DNA of 64,000 nucleotides from an uncultured beta proteobacterium (GCA_963832685.1 CAWHUZ010000005.1:141582-205581), one strand, 5' to 3'; positions 36,018-46,294 are shown, numbered from the stretch's first letter. Notes: a model not told the origin generated them from the letters alone. A program made the numbers and translations.

Positions 36018-37721
36018 TCAGCCCTCCACGTCGGTCGCCACCCGGACTACCTCCGACACGGTGGTGCGCCCGGCGAGCACCAGCTCGAGCGCGCGCGCGG
36101 TGAGGGACTTGCCCTCGAGCTGCGGCCGGGCCGCATCGGCAAAGGCGCCCGGGTCCGCCCTGCCGACGGCGCGCACCAGCTCGGGCGTCATCTCGAGCAT
36201 CTCGTACACGCCGGTCCGCCCGGCGAAGCCGGTGCCGTTGCAGTGCGAGCAGCCGCGCCCGCGCATGAACTTGCGCATGGTCATGCCGTCGCCGAGCTGG
36301 GCCGTGAGCCAGCGCTCCTCGTGGGCCTCGGGCGGCTGCTCCTCCTTGCAGGACTCGCACACCAGCCGCAGCAGGCGCTGCGCGACCACCGCGTGCAGCG
36401 AGCTCGCCACCATGTAGCTGGGGGCGCCCATGTCGATCAGGCGGATCGCCGCGCTTGCGGCGTCCCTCGTGTGCAGGGTCGAGAACACCATGTGGCCGGT
36501 GAGCGCGGCGCGCAGTCCGATCTGGGCCGTGTCTTCGTCCCGGATCTCGCCTACCAGGATGACATCCGGGTCCTGGCGCAAGGCCGAGCGCAGCACGCGC
36601 CCGAAGCCGAGCTCGATCTTCTCGTTCACCTGCACCTGCGTGATGCCGGCCAGCCGGTACTCGATCGGGTCCTCGATCGTGATGATCTTGCGATCGACCG
36701 TGTTCATCTCCTGCAGCGCGGCGTAGAGGGTGGTGGTCTTGCCGCTGCCGGTCGGGCCGGTGACCAGCACCATGCCGCTGGTGCGCTTGATGATGTCGCG
36801 AAAGCGCAAGAGCATGTCCGCCGGCATGCCGATCTTTTCCAGGCTTTGCAGGGTCGAGCCGCGGTTGAGCAGGCGCAGCACCACCGACTCGCCGAACTGG
36901 CTCGGCATGGTCGACATCCGGACGTCGACCGGCTGGCCGCGCACCATGACGTTGAGCCGGCCGTCCTGCGGCAGGCGCTTTTCCGAGATGTCGAGCCCGG
37001 CCATCAGCTTGAGGCGCTGCGCGAGCGCCGGTCCGATCCTGCTGTCGGCCTCGGCCTGCGGCATCAGCGCGCCGTCGATACGCACCCGGATTTGCACCCG
37101 CGTCTCCTGCGGCTCGACGTGCACGTCCGAGGCGCCCACCTGCATCGCGTCCTCGAACACCGACTGCAGCAGCTTGACCACCGGCGCTTCCTCGGCGCCG
37201 AGCCCTGCGCCGAGCGCGCCGAAGTCGATGTAGTCCTCGCCGATGTCGCGCTCGAGCTCCCTCGCCAGGCCGCTAATCTCCTCGGTTCGGCGATAGACCC
37301 GGTCGATTGCCTGCACCAGCAGCGCCTCGCTCACCACCGCGACCTCGATGTCGCGCTTGAGCAGGCGCTGCAGCTCGTCGAAGGCGAACAGGTCGGTCGG
37401 ATCGGCGAGTCCGACCAGGTAGCTCGTCTTGCGGTCCTCGAGCATGATGGCGCGGAAGCGCCGCGCCTGCGTCTCGGGCAGCAGGCGCACGAGGTCGGGC
37501 TTGAGGTTGTAGAACTTTAGATTGACGAACGGGATTTCCAGCTGGCGCGAAATGGCCTCGCTGATCTGCTCGTCGCTGACGAAGCCCTGCTCGAGCAGCA
37601 CGCGCCCGAGCCGGCGGCCGCTCTTCTTCTGTTGCTCCAACCCGAGCCTGAGCTGCTCGCGCGAGATCAGCTTCTGCGCGACGAGAATGTCGCCTAGCCT
37701 GACCTTCTCCGGACGGTTCAT
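36018..37721 (-). CDS. mshE: MSHA pilus extension ATPase MshE (GspE family) with N-terminal c-di-GMP-binding MshEN domain
   Basis: Start MNRPEKV (ATG 37721). N-terminal paired motifs RLGDILVAQKLISREQLRLGLEQQ / RLGRVLLEQGFVSDEQISEAISRQ, Walker A GPTGSGKTT, tetracysteine CESC..CSHC. Confidence 0.92.
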   Translation of the reverse strand: MNRPEKVRLGDILVAQKLISREQLRLGLEQQKKSGRRLGRVLLEQGFVSDEQISEAISRQLEIPFVNLKFYNLKPDLVRLLPETQARRFRAIMLEDRKTSYLVGLADPTDLFAFDELQRLLKRDIEVAVVSEALLVQAIDRVYRRTEEISGLARELERDIGEDYIDFGALGAGLGAEEAPVVKLLQSVFEDAMQVGASDVHVEPQETRVQIRVRIDGALMPQAEADSRIGPALAQRLKLMAGLDISEKRLPQDGRLNVMVRGQPVDVRMSTMPSQFGESVVLRLLNRGSTLQSLEKIGMPADMLLRFRDIIKRTSGMVLVTGPTGSGKTTTLYAALQEMNTVDRKIITIEDPIEYRLAGITQVQVNEKIELGFGRVLRSALRQDPDVILVGEIRDEDTAQIGLRAALTGHMVFSTLHTRDAASAAIRLIDMGAPSYMVASSLHAVVAQRLLRLVCESCKEEQPPEAHEERWLTAQLGDGMTMRKFMRGRGCSHCNGTGFAGRTGVYEMLEMTPELVRAVGRADPGAFADAARPQLEGKSLTARALELVLAGRTTVSEVVRVATDVEG

Positions 37722-37806
37722 GCTCGCATTATCCGCGATTCGGGCGCGCCGCGAAGCGGCTATCATAAGCGCCCGTTCAAGGCACCCGCACGCGAGGACT
37801 CTCTCA

Positions 37807-38755
37807 ATGACAAAGACTTTCGCCTCCCAGGGCGACCTCAAGCCGAAGAAGATCACGTTCAAGAAACTCTCGCCCAACTGCTACGCGTTCACCGCCGAGG
37901 GCGACCCGAACACCGGCGTCGTGGTCGGCGACGACGGCGTGCTGGTGGTCGACGCTCAGGCCACGCCGGTCATGGCGCGCGAGGTGATCCGCCGCATCCG
38001 CCGCGTCACCTCCAAGCCGATCAAGTGCGTCGTGCTGTCGCACTACCATGCAGTGCGCGTTCTCGGGGCCGCCGCCTACAAGGCCGAGCAGATCATCGCC
38101 AGCCAGACCACGCTCGATCTGATCCGCGAGCGCGGCAAGCAGGACATGAAGAGCGAGATCGGGCGCTTCCCGCGCCTGTTCCGCGGCGCCAAGTCGATCC
38201 CCGGCCTGACCTGGCCCACGCTCGCCTTCAAAGACGAGATGACGCTCATGATGGGCAAGCTCGAGGTAAAGATCATCCACGCCGGCCCGGGCCACACCGC
38301 GGGCGACACCATCGTCTGGGTGCCTTCGCAGCGCGTGCTGTTCTCGGGCGACCTGGTCGAGTACGAGGCCGGCATCTACACCGGCGACGCGCAACTCGAG
38401 GAATGGCCCGCCACGCTCGCGCCGGCTGCGCGCGCTAAAGCCCAAAGCGCTGGTGCCGGGGCGCGGGCCGGCGCTCACCACCCCCGCGCAGTGCGACAAG
38501 GCGATCCGCTACACGCAGGACTTCGTGACGGCGCTGTACGCCAACGCCAGGCGCGCGGTGGCCGCCGGCAAGACCCTAAAGCAGGCCTACGACCAGACCC
38601 GGCGCCGGATGGACCCGAAGTACGCCGGCTACCCGATCTACGAGCACTGCATCCCGTTCGACGTTACGCGCGCCTACGACGAGGCGCGCGGGATCAAGCA
38701 CCCGCGCATCTGGACCGCGCGGCGCGACGTGGAGATGTGGAAGACGATTGCCTAG
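37807..38755 (+). CDS. MBL-fold metallo-hydrolase, frame broken once
   Basis: VVLSHYHAVR (HxHxD-like) and ..HAGPGHTAGD.. motifs. The junction ..EEWPATLA|RLRALKPKALVPGRGPALT.. is restored by skipping one C near 38422. Confidence 0.8.
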
Positions 38756-38769
38756 CAAGGCAAAGTGCG

Positions 38770-38845
38770 GTCCCGCTCCGCACTTGCGTGCGGAGCGGGA
38801 CGAACCCCGCCGCGGAAGGAGGAGGGAGGAGGATTCCGCGGCGGG
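38770..38845. other. Two consecutive strong hairpins between convergent genes
   Basis: 38770-38801: perfect 14-bp stem with a TTGC loop. 38806-38845: perfect 12-bp stem with a 16-nt all-purine loop, GGAGGAGGGAGGAGGA. Neither has a flanking U-run. Confidence 0.7.
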
Positions 38846-38857
38846 CGCAGTCGGTGA

Positions 38858-39082
38858 TCAGTTGTGGCGCAGGCCCGCGCCGGTCTGGGCGGCCGCGCTC
38901 TCGCGCAGCGCGCGGAAGTAGGCGACGATGCGCGCCCCGAGGCGCGAGAACATCCCGGCGATCGCTTCGGCCCGCTCGCGCTTGGCCTGCCGCATGATTT
39001 CGGACATCTGGTAGTCCGAGATCGGGAGCCGCGGTTCGGCTTCAAGGTGCTGCTCGATGTACCGGATTTCGCTGGCGTTCAT
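38858..39082 (-). CDS. Hypothetical 74-aa protein, divergent from the LysR gene
   Basis: High GC3, with GAGG 7 nt upstream of the ATG. MNASEIRYIEQHLEAEPRLPISDYQMSEIMRQAKRERAEAIAGMF..; no motif recognised. Confidence 0.55.
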   Translation of the reverse strand: MNASEIRYIEQHLEAEPRLPISDYQMSEIMRQAKRERAEAIAGMFSRLGARIVAYFRALRESAAAQTGAGLRHN

Positions 39083-39104
39083 GGTGTTACCTCATTCGAC
39101 TGTG

Positions 39105-39178
39105 TTGCGATGCAGCAATAGTATGCCTTTGCTGTATGGTTTAGAATAGGCTGAATAATCAATTCAGCTTTGCGCAAA
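39105..39178. promoter_or_regulatory. Divergent promoter region with three palindromes (candidate LysR boxes)
   Basis: TTGC-N6-GCAA (39105-39118), TGAAT-N5-ATTCA (39152-39166, T-N11-A type), TTTGCGCAAA (39169-39178). Confidence 0.5.
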
Positions 39179-39188
39179 CAGCAAAGAT

Positions 39189-40155
39189 ATGTCCGATTCG
39201 CTGCAGCAAATGTCGATTTTCGCCAAGGTGGTCGCCAGCGGCAGCCTGTCGGCGGCGGCGCGCGAGCTGGGACTCTCCCCGGCGGTGGTCAGCCGCAGCC
39301 TGTCCGCGCTCGAGGCCCGTCTGGGCACCCGGCTCATCCACCGCACCACCCGCAGCCTGCACCTGACCGACGAAGGCGCCGCCTATTACGATTCCTGCAT
39401 CCGCATCCTGGAGGAGATCGAGGAAGCCGATGCGATGGCCGCCGCCGGGCAGCGACGAGCCGCAGGGCGTGCTCAGGGTCGCGCTGCCGGCGTCGTTCGG
39501 CCACCTGCACGTCGCGCCGCTGGTGCCGCAGTTCGCCGCGCGCTATCCGAAGCTGCGTCTGGCGCTGAGCCTGGCGGACCGCCGGGTGAAGCTGATCGAG
39601 GAAGGCTTCGACCTCGCGGTGCAGATCGCCGAGCTCGCGGACTCGTCGCTCGCCGCGCGCAAGCTCGCGCCCAACCGCCGCGTCGTGTGCGCGAGCCCGG
39701 ACTATCTGCGCCGCCACGGCACGCCGCGCACGCCGCAGGAGCTGACCAAGCACAACTTCCTGGTCGCCAACTGGGGCGACGGCAGCTTCGCCATGACGCT
39801 CGAGTACCGGGGACCGGTCGGCAAGCAGGGCGAAGTGCGCGTCACCGGCAAGTACGCCTGCGACAACTGGGAGGTGCTGCGCGATTGGGCGCTCGCCGGC
39901 CTGGGCGTCGCGCTCAAGTCGACCTGGGACGTGCGGCGCCAGCTCGAGGACGGCTCGCTGGTGCCGTTGTGCCCCGGCTATACCTTCGACACCGACGTGG
40001 CCATCTATGCGGTCTATCCGCACCGCCGCCACCTGCCGGCGAAGACGCGCGCCTTCATCGACTTCCTCGCCGAATCATTCGGCCCCGAGCCTTACTGGGA
40101 CCTGCCGCAGGCGAAGCCGCTCAAGCCGCGAATCAAGGCCCGCGCCCCTGTCTAA
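39189..40155 (+). CDS. LysR-family transcriptional regulator, frame broken once
   Basis: N-terminal HTH (FAKVVASGSLSAAARELGLSPAVVSRSLSALE) in frame 0 and the substrate-binding domain in track ORF 39430..40155. The junction ..DAMAAAG|SDEPQGVLRVALP.. is restored by skipping one base near 39450. Confidence 0.85.
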
Positions 40156-40215
40156 TGCTATGTTAGGCTCGCCTCGCGGGGCCACGACGCGGCAATATTT
40201 TGTGGAGACACGCCG

Positions 40216-43200
40216 ATGAACGCACCTGTTGACCCTTCCAAGCTCGCCCAGGTATCGCTCGACGACAAGTACACGCTCGGCAAGGGACGCGTGTTCCTCA
40301 CCGGCACCCAGGCGCTGGTGCGCCTGATGCTGCTGCAGCGCGAGCGCGACGTGCTCGCCGGCCTGAACACCGCGGGCTACATCTCGGGCTACCGCGGCTC
40401 GCCGCTGGGCGGCGTCGACCAGACGATGTGGGGCGCGAAGAAGCACCTCGAGCGCCACCACGTCGTGTTCCAGCCGGGCGTGAACGAGGACCTCGCCGCC
40501 ACCGCGGTGTGGGGCACGCAGCAGGTCGGCATGTTCCCCGGCGCGAAGTACGACGGCGTGTTCGGCATGTGGTACGGCAAGGGCCCGGGCGTCGATCGCT
40601 GCGGCGACGTGTTCAAGCACGCCAACGCCGCCGGCACCTCGAAGCACGGCGGCGTGCTCGCGCTCGCCGGCGACGACCACGCGGCCAAGTCCTCCACCCT
40701 GCCGCACCAGTCCGAGCACATCTTCAAGGCCTGCATGATCCCGGTGCTCAACCCGGCCAACGTGCAGGAGTACCTCGACCTCGGGCTGCACGGCTTCGCC
40801 ATGAGCCGCTACGCCGGCTGCTGGGTCGCGTTCAAGTGCGTCACCGACGTGGTCGAGTCGGGCGCCTCGGTCGAGGTCGACCCCGAGCGCGTTCGCATCC
40901 AGCTTCCGACCGACTTCGTCCTGCCGCCGGGCGGCCTCAACATCCGCTGGCCCGACGCCATCCTCGATCAGGAAGCGCGCCTGCTCGACTGGAAGGCCTA
41001 CGCCGCGCTGGCCTACGTGCGCGCCAACAAGCTCGATCGCATCGTGTGGGACTCGCCCAACGCGCGCCTGGGCATCGTCACCACCGGCAAGTCCTTCGGC
41101 GACACCATGCAGGCGCTCGCGGACCTCGGCATCGACGAGCGGGTCGCGCGCGACATCGGCCTGCGCGTGTACAAGGTGGCGATGACCTGGCCGCTCGAGC
41201 CGCAGGGCGCGCGCCGCTTCGCCGAGGGGCTGGAAGAGATCCTGGTGGTGGAGGAGAAGCGCCAGCTGATCGAGTACCAGATCAAGGAAGAGCTCTACAA
41301 CTGGAAAGACGGGCGTGCGCGCGCCGCGCGTGGTCGGCAAGTTCGACGACAACGGCGAGTGGAGCCGCGCCGCCGGCCAGCCCGCCGGCTCCTGGCTGCT
41401 GCCCGCGCACTACGAGCACTCGCCGGCGATGGTGGCGCGCGTGATCGCGCAGCGATTGACGAAACTGGGAATGGACAAGCAGTCTTGGGAGCCATTTCAA
41501 GGACCGCCTCGCGTTCCTCGACTTCAAGGAAAAGGCGCTCGCCAAGCCGCGCGTGACCGCGATCCGGCAGCCCTATTTCTGCTCGGGCTGCCCGCACAAC
41601 ACCTCGACCCGCGTGCCCGAAGGCAGCCGCGCCACGGCCGGCATCGGCTGCCACTTCATGGCGGTGTGGATGAACCGCTCGACCGCGACCTTCACCCACA
41701 TGGGCGCCGAGGGCGCGCCGTGGATCGGGCAGGCGCCGTTCACCGACGAGAAGCACATCTTCGCCAACCTGGGCGACGGCACCTACTACCACTCGGGGCT
41801 GCTCGCGATCCGCGCCGCGGTCGCGGCCAAGGTCAGCATGACCTACAAGATCCTGTTCAACGACGCGGTGGCGATGACCGGCGGCCAGCGCCACGACGGC
41901 CCGCTCGACCCGGCGCTCATTTCGCGCCAGGTCGCGGCCGAGGGCGTCGGCAAGATCGTGGTGGTGACCGACGAGCCGCACAAGTACCCCGCGACCGTCA
42001 ACTGGGCGCCGGGCGTCACGGTGCGCCACCGCGACGAGCTCGACGCCGTGCAGCGCGAGCTGCGCGACACGCCGGGCGTCACCGCGCTGATCTACGACCA
42101 GACCTGCGCCTCCGAGAAGCGCCGCCGCCGCAAGCGCGGCGCCTTCCCCGACCCGGCCAAGCGGGTGGTGATCAACGACATGGTGTGCGAGGGCTGCGGC
42201 GACTGCAGCGTCAAGTCCAACTGCCTGTCGGTCGAGCCGCTCGAAACCGAGTTCGGCCGCAAGCGCAAGATCAATCAGTCGACCTGCAACAAGGACTACT
42301 CCTGCGTCAAGGGCTTCTGCCCCAGCCTGGTCACGGTCGAGGGCGGGCAGCTCAAGAAGGGCAAGTCGGCGGCGGTCGCCGTCGAGCGACGATTTCGTCG
42401 CTCGAGGAGCCGCGAGCTGCCGCGGCTCGACACGCCCTTCGGCGTGCTCGTCACCGGCATCGGCGGCACCGGCGTCATCACCATCGGCCAGATCCTCGCC
42501 ATGGCGGCGCACCTCGAGGGCAAGGGCGTGTCGGTGCTCGACATGTCGGGCCTGGCGCAGAAGTACGGCGCGGTGATGTCGCACGTCAAGCTGGCCGAGA
42601 ACCCCGAGGCGCTGCACGCCGCGCGGCTGGGCGCCGGCAACGCGAACCTGGTGGTCGGCTGCGACCTGGTGGTGACCGCGACCAACGACGCGCTGGAGAA
42701 GATGAGCCCCACCGCCACCCGCGGCGTGGTCAATGCCACCACCACGCCGACCGCGGAGTTCGTCGCCAACCCGAACTGGCAAGCTCCCCGGCAGCGACCT
42801 CACGCACGACATTGCGGCGGCCTGCGGCGGGAAGAACGTCGACTTCGTGCCGGCGGCCGAGCTCGCCACCGGCCTGATGGGCGACTCGATCGCGACCAAC
42901 ATGTTCATGCTCGGCTACGCCTACCAGAAGGGCTGGGTGCCGCTGTCGGCCTCCGCGATCGTGCGCGCGATCCAGCTGAACGGCATCGCGGTCGAGTTCA
43001 ACGTCGCGAGCTTCACCTGGGGCCGCCGCGCCGCGGTCGACCTCGAGCGCGTGCGGCGCGCGGCCACCCCGGCCGAGGTGATCCCGATCGGCGAGCACTT
43101 CTCGCGCAACCTGGACGAGCTGCTCGAGCGCCGGGTCAAGCTGCTGACCGACTACCAGGACGCCGCGTACGCGGCGCGCTACAAGGCGCTCGTCGAGCGG

Positions 43201-43767
43201 GTCAGGAAAGCCGAGAGCGACAAGCTCGGCGCCTCGACCCGGCTGGCCGAGGCCGTGGCGCGCTACTACGCCAAGCTCATGGCCTACAAGGACGAGTACG
43301 AGGTGGCGCGCCTGTACGCCAGCGGCGATTTCGCCAGGCGCGTCGCCGGCATGTTCGAGGGCGACTACAAGCTCCACTTCTATCTCGCCCCGCCGCTCAT
43401 CGCCAAGCCCGATCCGCGCACCGGCGAACCGAAGAAGATGCGCTTCGGGCCCTGGGTCATGGGCCTGTTCAAGGTCCTCGCCCGCATGAAGGGCCTGCGC
43501 GGCGGCGCGCTCGACCTGTTCGGCCGCAGCGAAGAGCGCCGCACCGAGCGCGCGCTGATCGGCGAGTACGAGAAGACCGTCGAAACGCTGCTCGCCGGCC
43601 TGTCGGCGCAGAACCACGGGCTCGCGGTCCAGATCGCCTCGGTTCCCGAGGACATCCGCGGCTACGGCCACATCAAGCAGAAAAGCATCGACAGCGCGCG
43701 CGCCAAGACCGACCAGCTGCTCGCGCGCTACCGCGCCGGCGGGGCGGAGGAGCGTGCGGCGGCGTAA
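40216..43767 (+). CDS. Indolepyruvate/2-oxoacid:ferredoxin oxidoreductase family protein (fused alpha-beta, ~1180 aa), frame broken at least 3 times
   Basis: Native-looking sequence passes through track ORFs 40216.., 41315.., 41553.. and 42733.. (..NWKDG|VRAPRVVGKFDDNGEWS.., ..KQSWE|HFKDRLAFLDFKEKAL.., ..ANPNW|KLPGSDLTHDI..). It carries the CxxCxxCxxxC ferredoxin-like motif (CEGCGDCSVKSNC) and the YFCSGCPHNTST TPP-domain block. Confidence 0.85.
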
Positions 43768-44260
43768 TTGGGGTCTGACCCCGGTTTTTCTTTTCTGTGT
43801 CCTGACCGCGCCCGCCCAGGCGCAGGAGCGCTCGATCGCGCTGGGCGGCGAGACGATCCGCTATTCCCTGCGCGCCGAACCGGCCGACGGCGGCGCGCTC
43901 GCCACCGCGCGCGAGCTCGCGCGCAACCTGACCGCGGGCGACATCAAGGCCGCGGCCCTTCTGTCCAACGCGCCCGCGCGCCGCTACGAGGTGCTGCGCG
44001 AGTATCGCGACTGGGTCGGGCCGGACGAGTTCAAGCGCGTCTACGCGCAGTACTTCTCGCCGCGCAGCCGCGCGGTCGCCGAAATCTCGATCGGCCGGCA
44101 CTGCCTGCTGGTCTGGAAGCTGGACGGCACGGATCACTTCGCGGGCCAGTTCTACGCCGAGATCGGCGGCAGGTTCCTGCTCGACGACGTGCCCGGCATC
44201 GAGCGCGCTCGCCTGCGCCGGCTGCTCGAGGCCTACCGCGCGGGCAAGCTGGGCGAGTGA
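43754..44260 (+). CDS. Hypothetical secreted protein (168 aa)
   Basis: Signal-peptide-like N-terminus ending AQA|QE. That N-terminus is encoded across a REP copy (43766-43789), so the start is uncertain. Confidence 0.45.
   Translation: MRRRNWGLTPVFLFCVLTAPAQAQERSIALGGETIRYSLRAEPADGGALATARELARNLTAGDIKAAALLSNAPARRYEVLREYRDWVGPDEFKRVYAQYFSPRSRAVAEISIGRHCLLVWKLDGTDHFAGQFYAEIGGRFLLDDVPGIERARLRRLLEAYRAGKLGE
43766..43789. repeat. REP element, solitary copy (GGGGTCTGACCCC core)
   Basis: AATTGGGGTCTGACCCCGGTTTTT, same family as the copies at 52.8-62.2 kb. Confidence 0.8.
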
Positions 44261-44289
44261 ACGGGCCACGGTCGATGCGCTCGAGCGCA

Positions 44290-44457
44290 GGGTCCGTTAG
44301 ATATAGTGAAAATAGGACTAGAACAAAGAATGTCAGATTAAGTAGTTACGAGACCTTTCTCACATGATTGGCAGGAGAGGGCGGGTTATCGTTCAGCCGC
44401 CTGAAGACGGGATGGGCCCGTCGAACGCAGCTAAACAGAAACGAGAAAGGGACAACA
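44290..44457 (+). promoter_or_regulatory. AT-rich leader/promoter region of the Csu-type pilus operon
   Basis: The locally lowest-GC stretch (..GTTAGATATAGTGAAAATAGGACTAGAACAAAGAATGTCAGATTAAGTAGTTAC..) directly upstream of the first pilin gene. No specific -35/-10 assigned. Confidence 0.35.
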
Positions 44458-44928
44458 ATGAAGCTCAACAAACGGATCCTGGCGCTTGGCCTGGCGGTCG
44501 CCTGCGCGTCGATGGGCAGCGTCGCCTTTGCGGGCGGCAGCCACACCATTACCGTGAATGCCACCGTCACCGGCACCTGCAAGTTCAACACCGCCGCGTC
44601 GACGATCGCGCTAGCGGTAGACCCGACTGCCACAAGCTCGGTCACGGGCACCGATAACGTGCTCTACCGCTGTACCAACGGCACGGTGCCGGGGTTCACG
44701 CTGACCTCGTCCTCGACCTCTAGCACGACCGGCGGCAACCTGATCCAAGGCGCCGAGAACTTTCCCTACACGTTCACCTCCTCCGGGGGCGGCGCCGGCA
44801 CGGGCATGGGCAACCTGGCAGCCAACGACAAGACGCTCGCCGTAACGGTCAGCGTCAACCAGTCCGGGGCCGCCAACGTCACGCCCGGGACCTACAGCGA
44901 CACCATCGTCGTCGACGTCACCCCGTAA
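44458..44928 (+). CDS. Spore-coat-U (SCPU) domain pilin, CsuA/B-like major subunit
   Basis: ATG 44458. Signal peptide ..SVAFA|GG, then the SCPU pattern: TCKF.., LYRCTNG.., C-terminal PGTYSDTIVVDVTP. Confidence 0.8.
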   Translation: MKLNKRILALGLAVACASMGSVAFAGGSHTITVNATVTGTCKFNTAASTIALAVDPTATSSVTGTDNVLYRCTNGTVPGFTLTSSSTSSTTGGNLIQGAENFPYTFTSSGGGAGTGMGNLAANDKTLAVTVSVNQSGAANVTPGTYSDTIVVDVTP

Positions 44929-44940
44929 TTCTCGGGCAGC

Positions 44941-45450
44941 ATGGGGGTGCAGGCGAGGCAGGTTGCGACTCGCAAGCCGGTATTGAAACTCCTCGCGGTC
45001 TTGGCCGCGGCCGCGGTCGTTTGCCCGGCCGCGGCCAGCGCCGCGGGCAGCCACACGATCGCGGTGACTGCGACCGTGCTGTCCGCGAGCCGTTGCAGTT
45101 TCCGCGGCGGGCGCTCGCGAATCAATCTTGTGATCGATCCGAGTTCGGCGGCGCCCGTCATAGGAACCACGTCAATCGTGTTTCGCTGCCGGGGCAACGC
45201 GCGGGTTGCGTCCTACGCGCTGAGCGCGAACGGTGGGCTTTACGGAGTGTCACCGTCTACGATGCGCATGCGCCACGTGACCAGCCCCGCCGACTTCCTG
45301 CCCTACACGCTCGCCTACCCGACCAGCGGAACCACCCCCAGGAACCGCCGCACCACCATCACCGTGACCGCGACGGTGATGCCGACGGACTTTCAGAACG
45401 CGCTGATGGGCAATTACTCGGACACTGTCACGTTAAGCATCACGCCGTAA
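44941..45450 (+). CDS. SCPU-domain pilin subunit (CsuA/CsuB-like)
   Basis: Signal peptide, RCSF.., IVFRCRG.., C-terminal MGNYSDTVTLSITP. Confidence 0.75.
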   Translation: MGVQARQVATRKPVLKLLAVLAAAAVVCPAAASAAGSHTIAVTATVLSASRCSFRGGRSRINLVIDPSSAAPVIGTTSIVFRCRGNARVASYALSANGGLYGVSPSTMRMRHVTSPADFLPYTLAYPTSGTTPRNRRTTITVTATVMPTDFQNALMGNYSDTVTLSITP

Positions 45451-45526
45451 CGGATAGTGAAACGCCACGCGCAACAGAAGCCTGCGTGATTTGTAGTGGC
45501 ATCGGAAACCAGAGAGAATCGCGCCA

Positions 45527-46294
45527 GTGACGAAATCCACGAAGACCAGCCCCCGGTTTCTGCTCGGGTATCTCGCATGCCTTGCGCTGGCCGCGGCCTC
45601 CTTCGCCGCGCGCGCTGGCAATTTCGGGGTCTCGCCAATCAGGCTCGATCTCGATAAGGGCACGCGTACTGGCGTCATCGCCGTGTCGAACGACGGCGAC
45701 AAGCCGCTCGAGTTCCAGGCGCGCACCATGCTCTGGACACAGGACGACGCCGGCCACGACCGCTACAAGGACACTCAGGCGCTGGTTTACTTTCCGCGTC
45801 AGTTTCAGGTCCCGCCGCATGAAAAGCGCGTGGTGCGCATCGGCTACCGCAGCCCGGCGCTAAAGCTCGAGCAGGCCTATCGCCTGTTCGTTGAAGAGAT
45901 TCCCGACGCGAAGCCGCGCGGCAACCAGACCGCGGTTACCGTGGCGGTACGGTTCGGAGTGCCGATCTTCGTGCGCCCGCCCGCAAGCGACGTGCAGGCA
46001 CGGATCGGAGGGCTAACGGTTAAGGATGGACACGCGCAGGCCACGGTGCAGAACGCCGGGACCGTGCATTTCCGCATCACCGGAGTGCGCTTTCGCGCGA
46101 TCGGCGCCGACGGCACGGTGAAATGGGAGCACACGGTGCAGGGCTGGTACCTTCTCCCCGGCGCGCAGCGCGAGTACGCCGCCACCCTGCCTGCCCAGGC
46201 CTGTCGCGCCGCTCGCACGCTGCGCGTCAATCTGCTCGGCGACAAGCTGGACGCCACATCCGAGGTCCCGCTCAAGCCCGAGCTGTGCTCCTAG
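45527..46294 (+). CDS. Periplasmic fimbrial chaperone (PapD-like, CsuC-like)
   Basis: GTG start and signal peptide. ..FGVSPIRLDLDKGTRTGVIAVSNDGDKPLEFQ.. and ..YRLFVEEIP.. are typical chaperone strands. Confidence 0.85.
   Translation: MTKSTKTSPRFLLGYLACLALAAASFAARAGNFGVSPIRLDLDKGTRTGVIAVSNDGDKPLEFQARTMLWTQDDAGHDRYKDTQALVYFPRQFQVPPHEKRVVRIGYRSPALKLEQAYRLFVEEIPDAKPRGNQTAVTVAVRFGVPIFVRPPASDVQARIGGLTVKDGHAQATVQNAGTVHFRITGVRFRAIGADGTVKWEHTVQGWYLLPGAQREYAATLPAQACRAARTLRVNLLGDKLDATSEVPLKPELCS

Noticed and set aside
21592-37721. MSHA region as a tRNA-associated genomic island (it directly abuts the tRNA-Tyr/Gly/Thr genes).
   Set aside because: No integrase, direct repeat of a tRNA 3' end or clear composition shift was seen. 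The adjacency looks coincidental.
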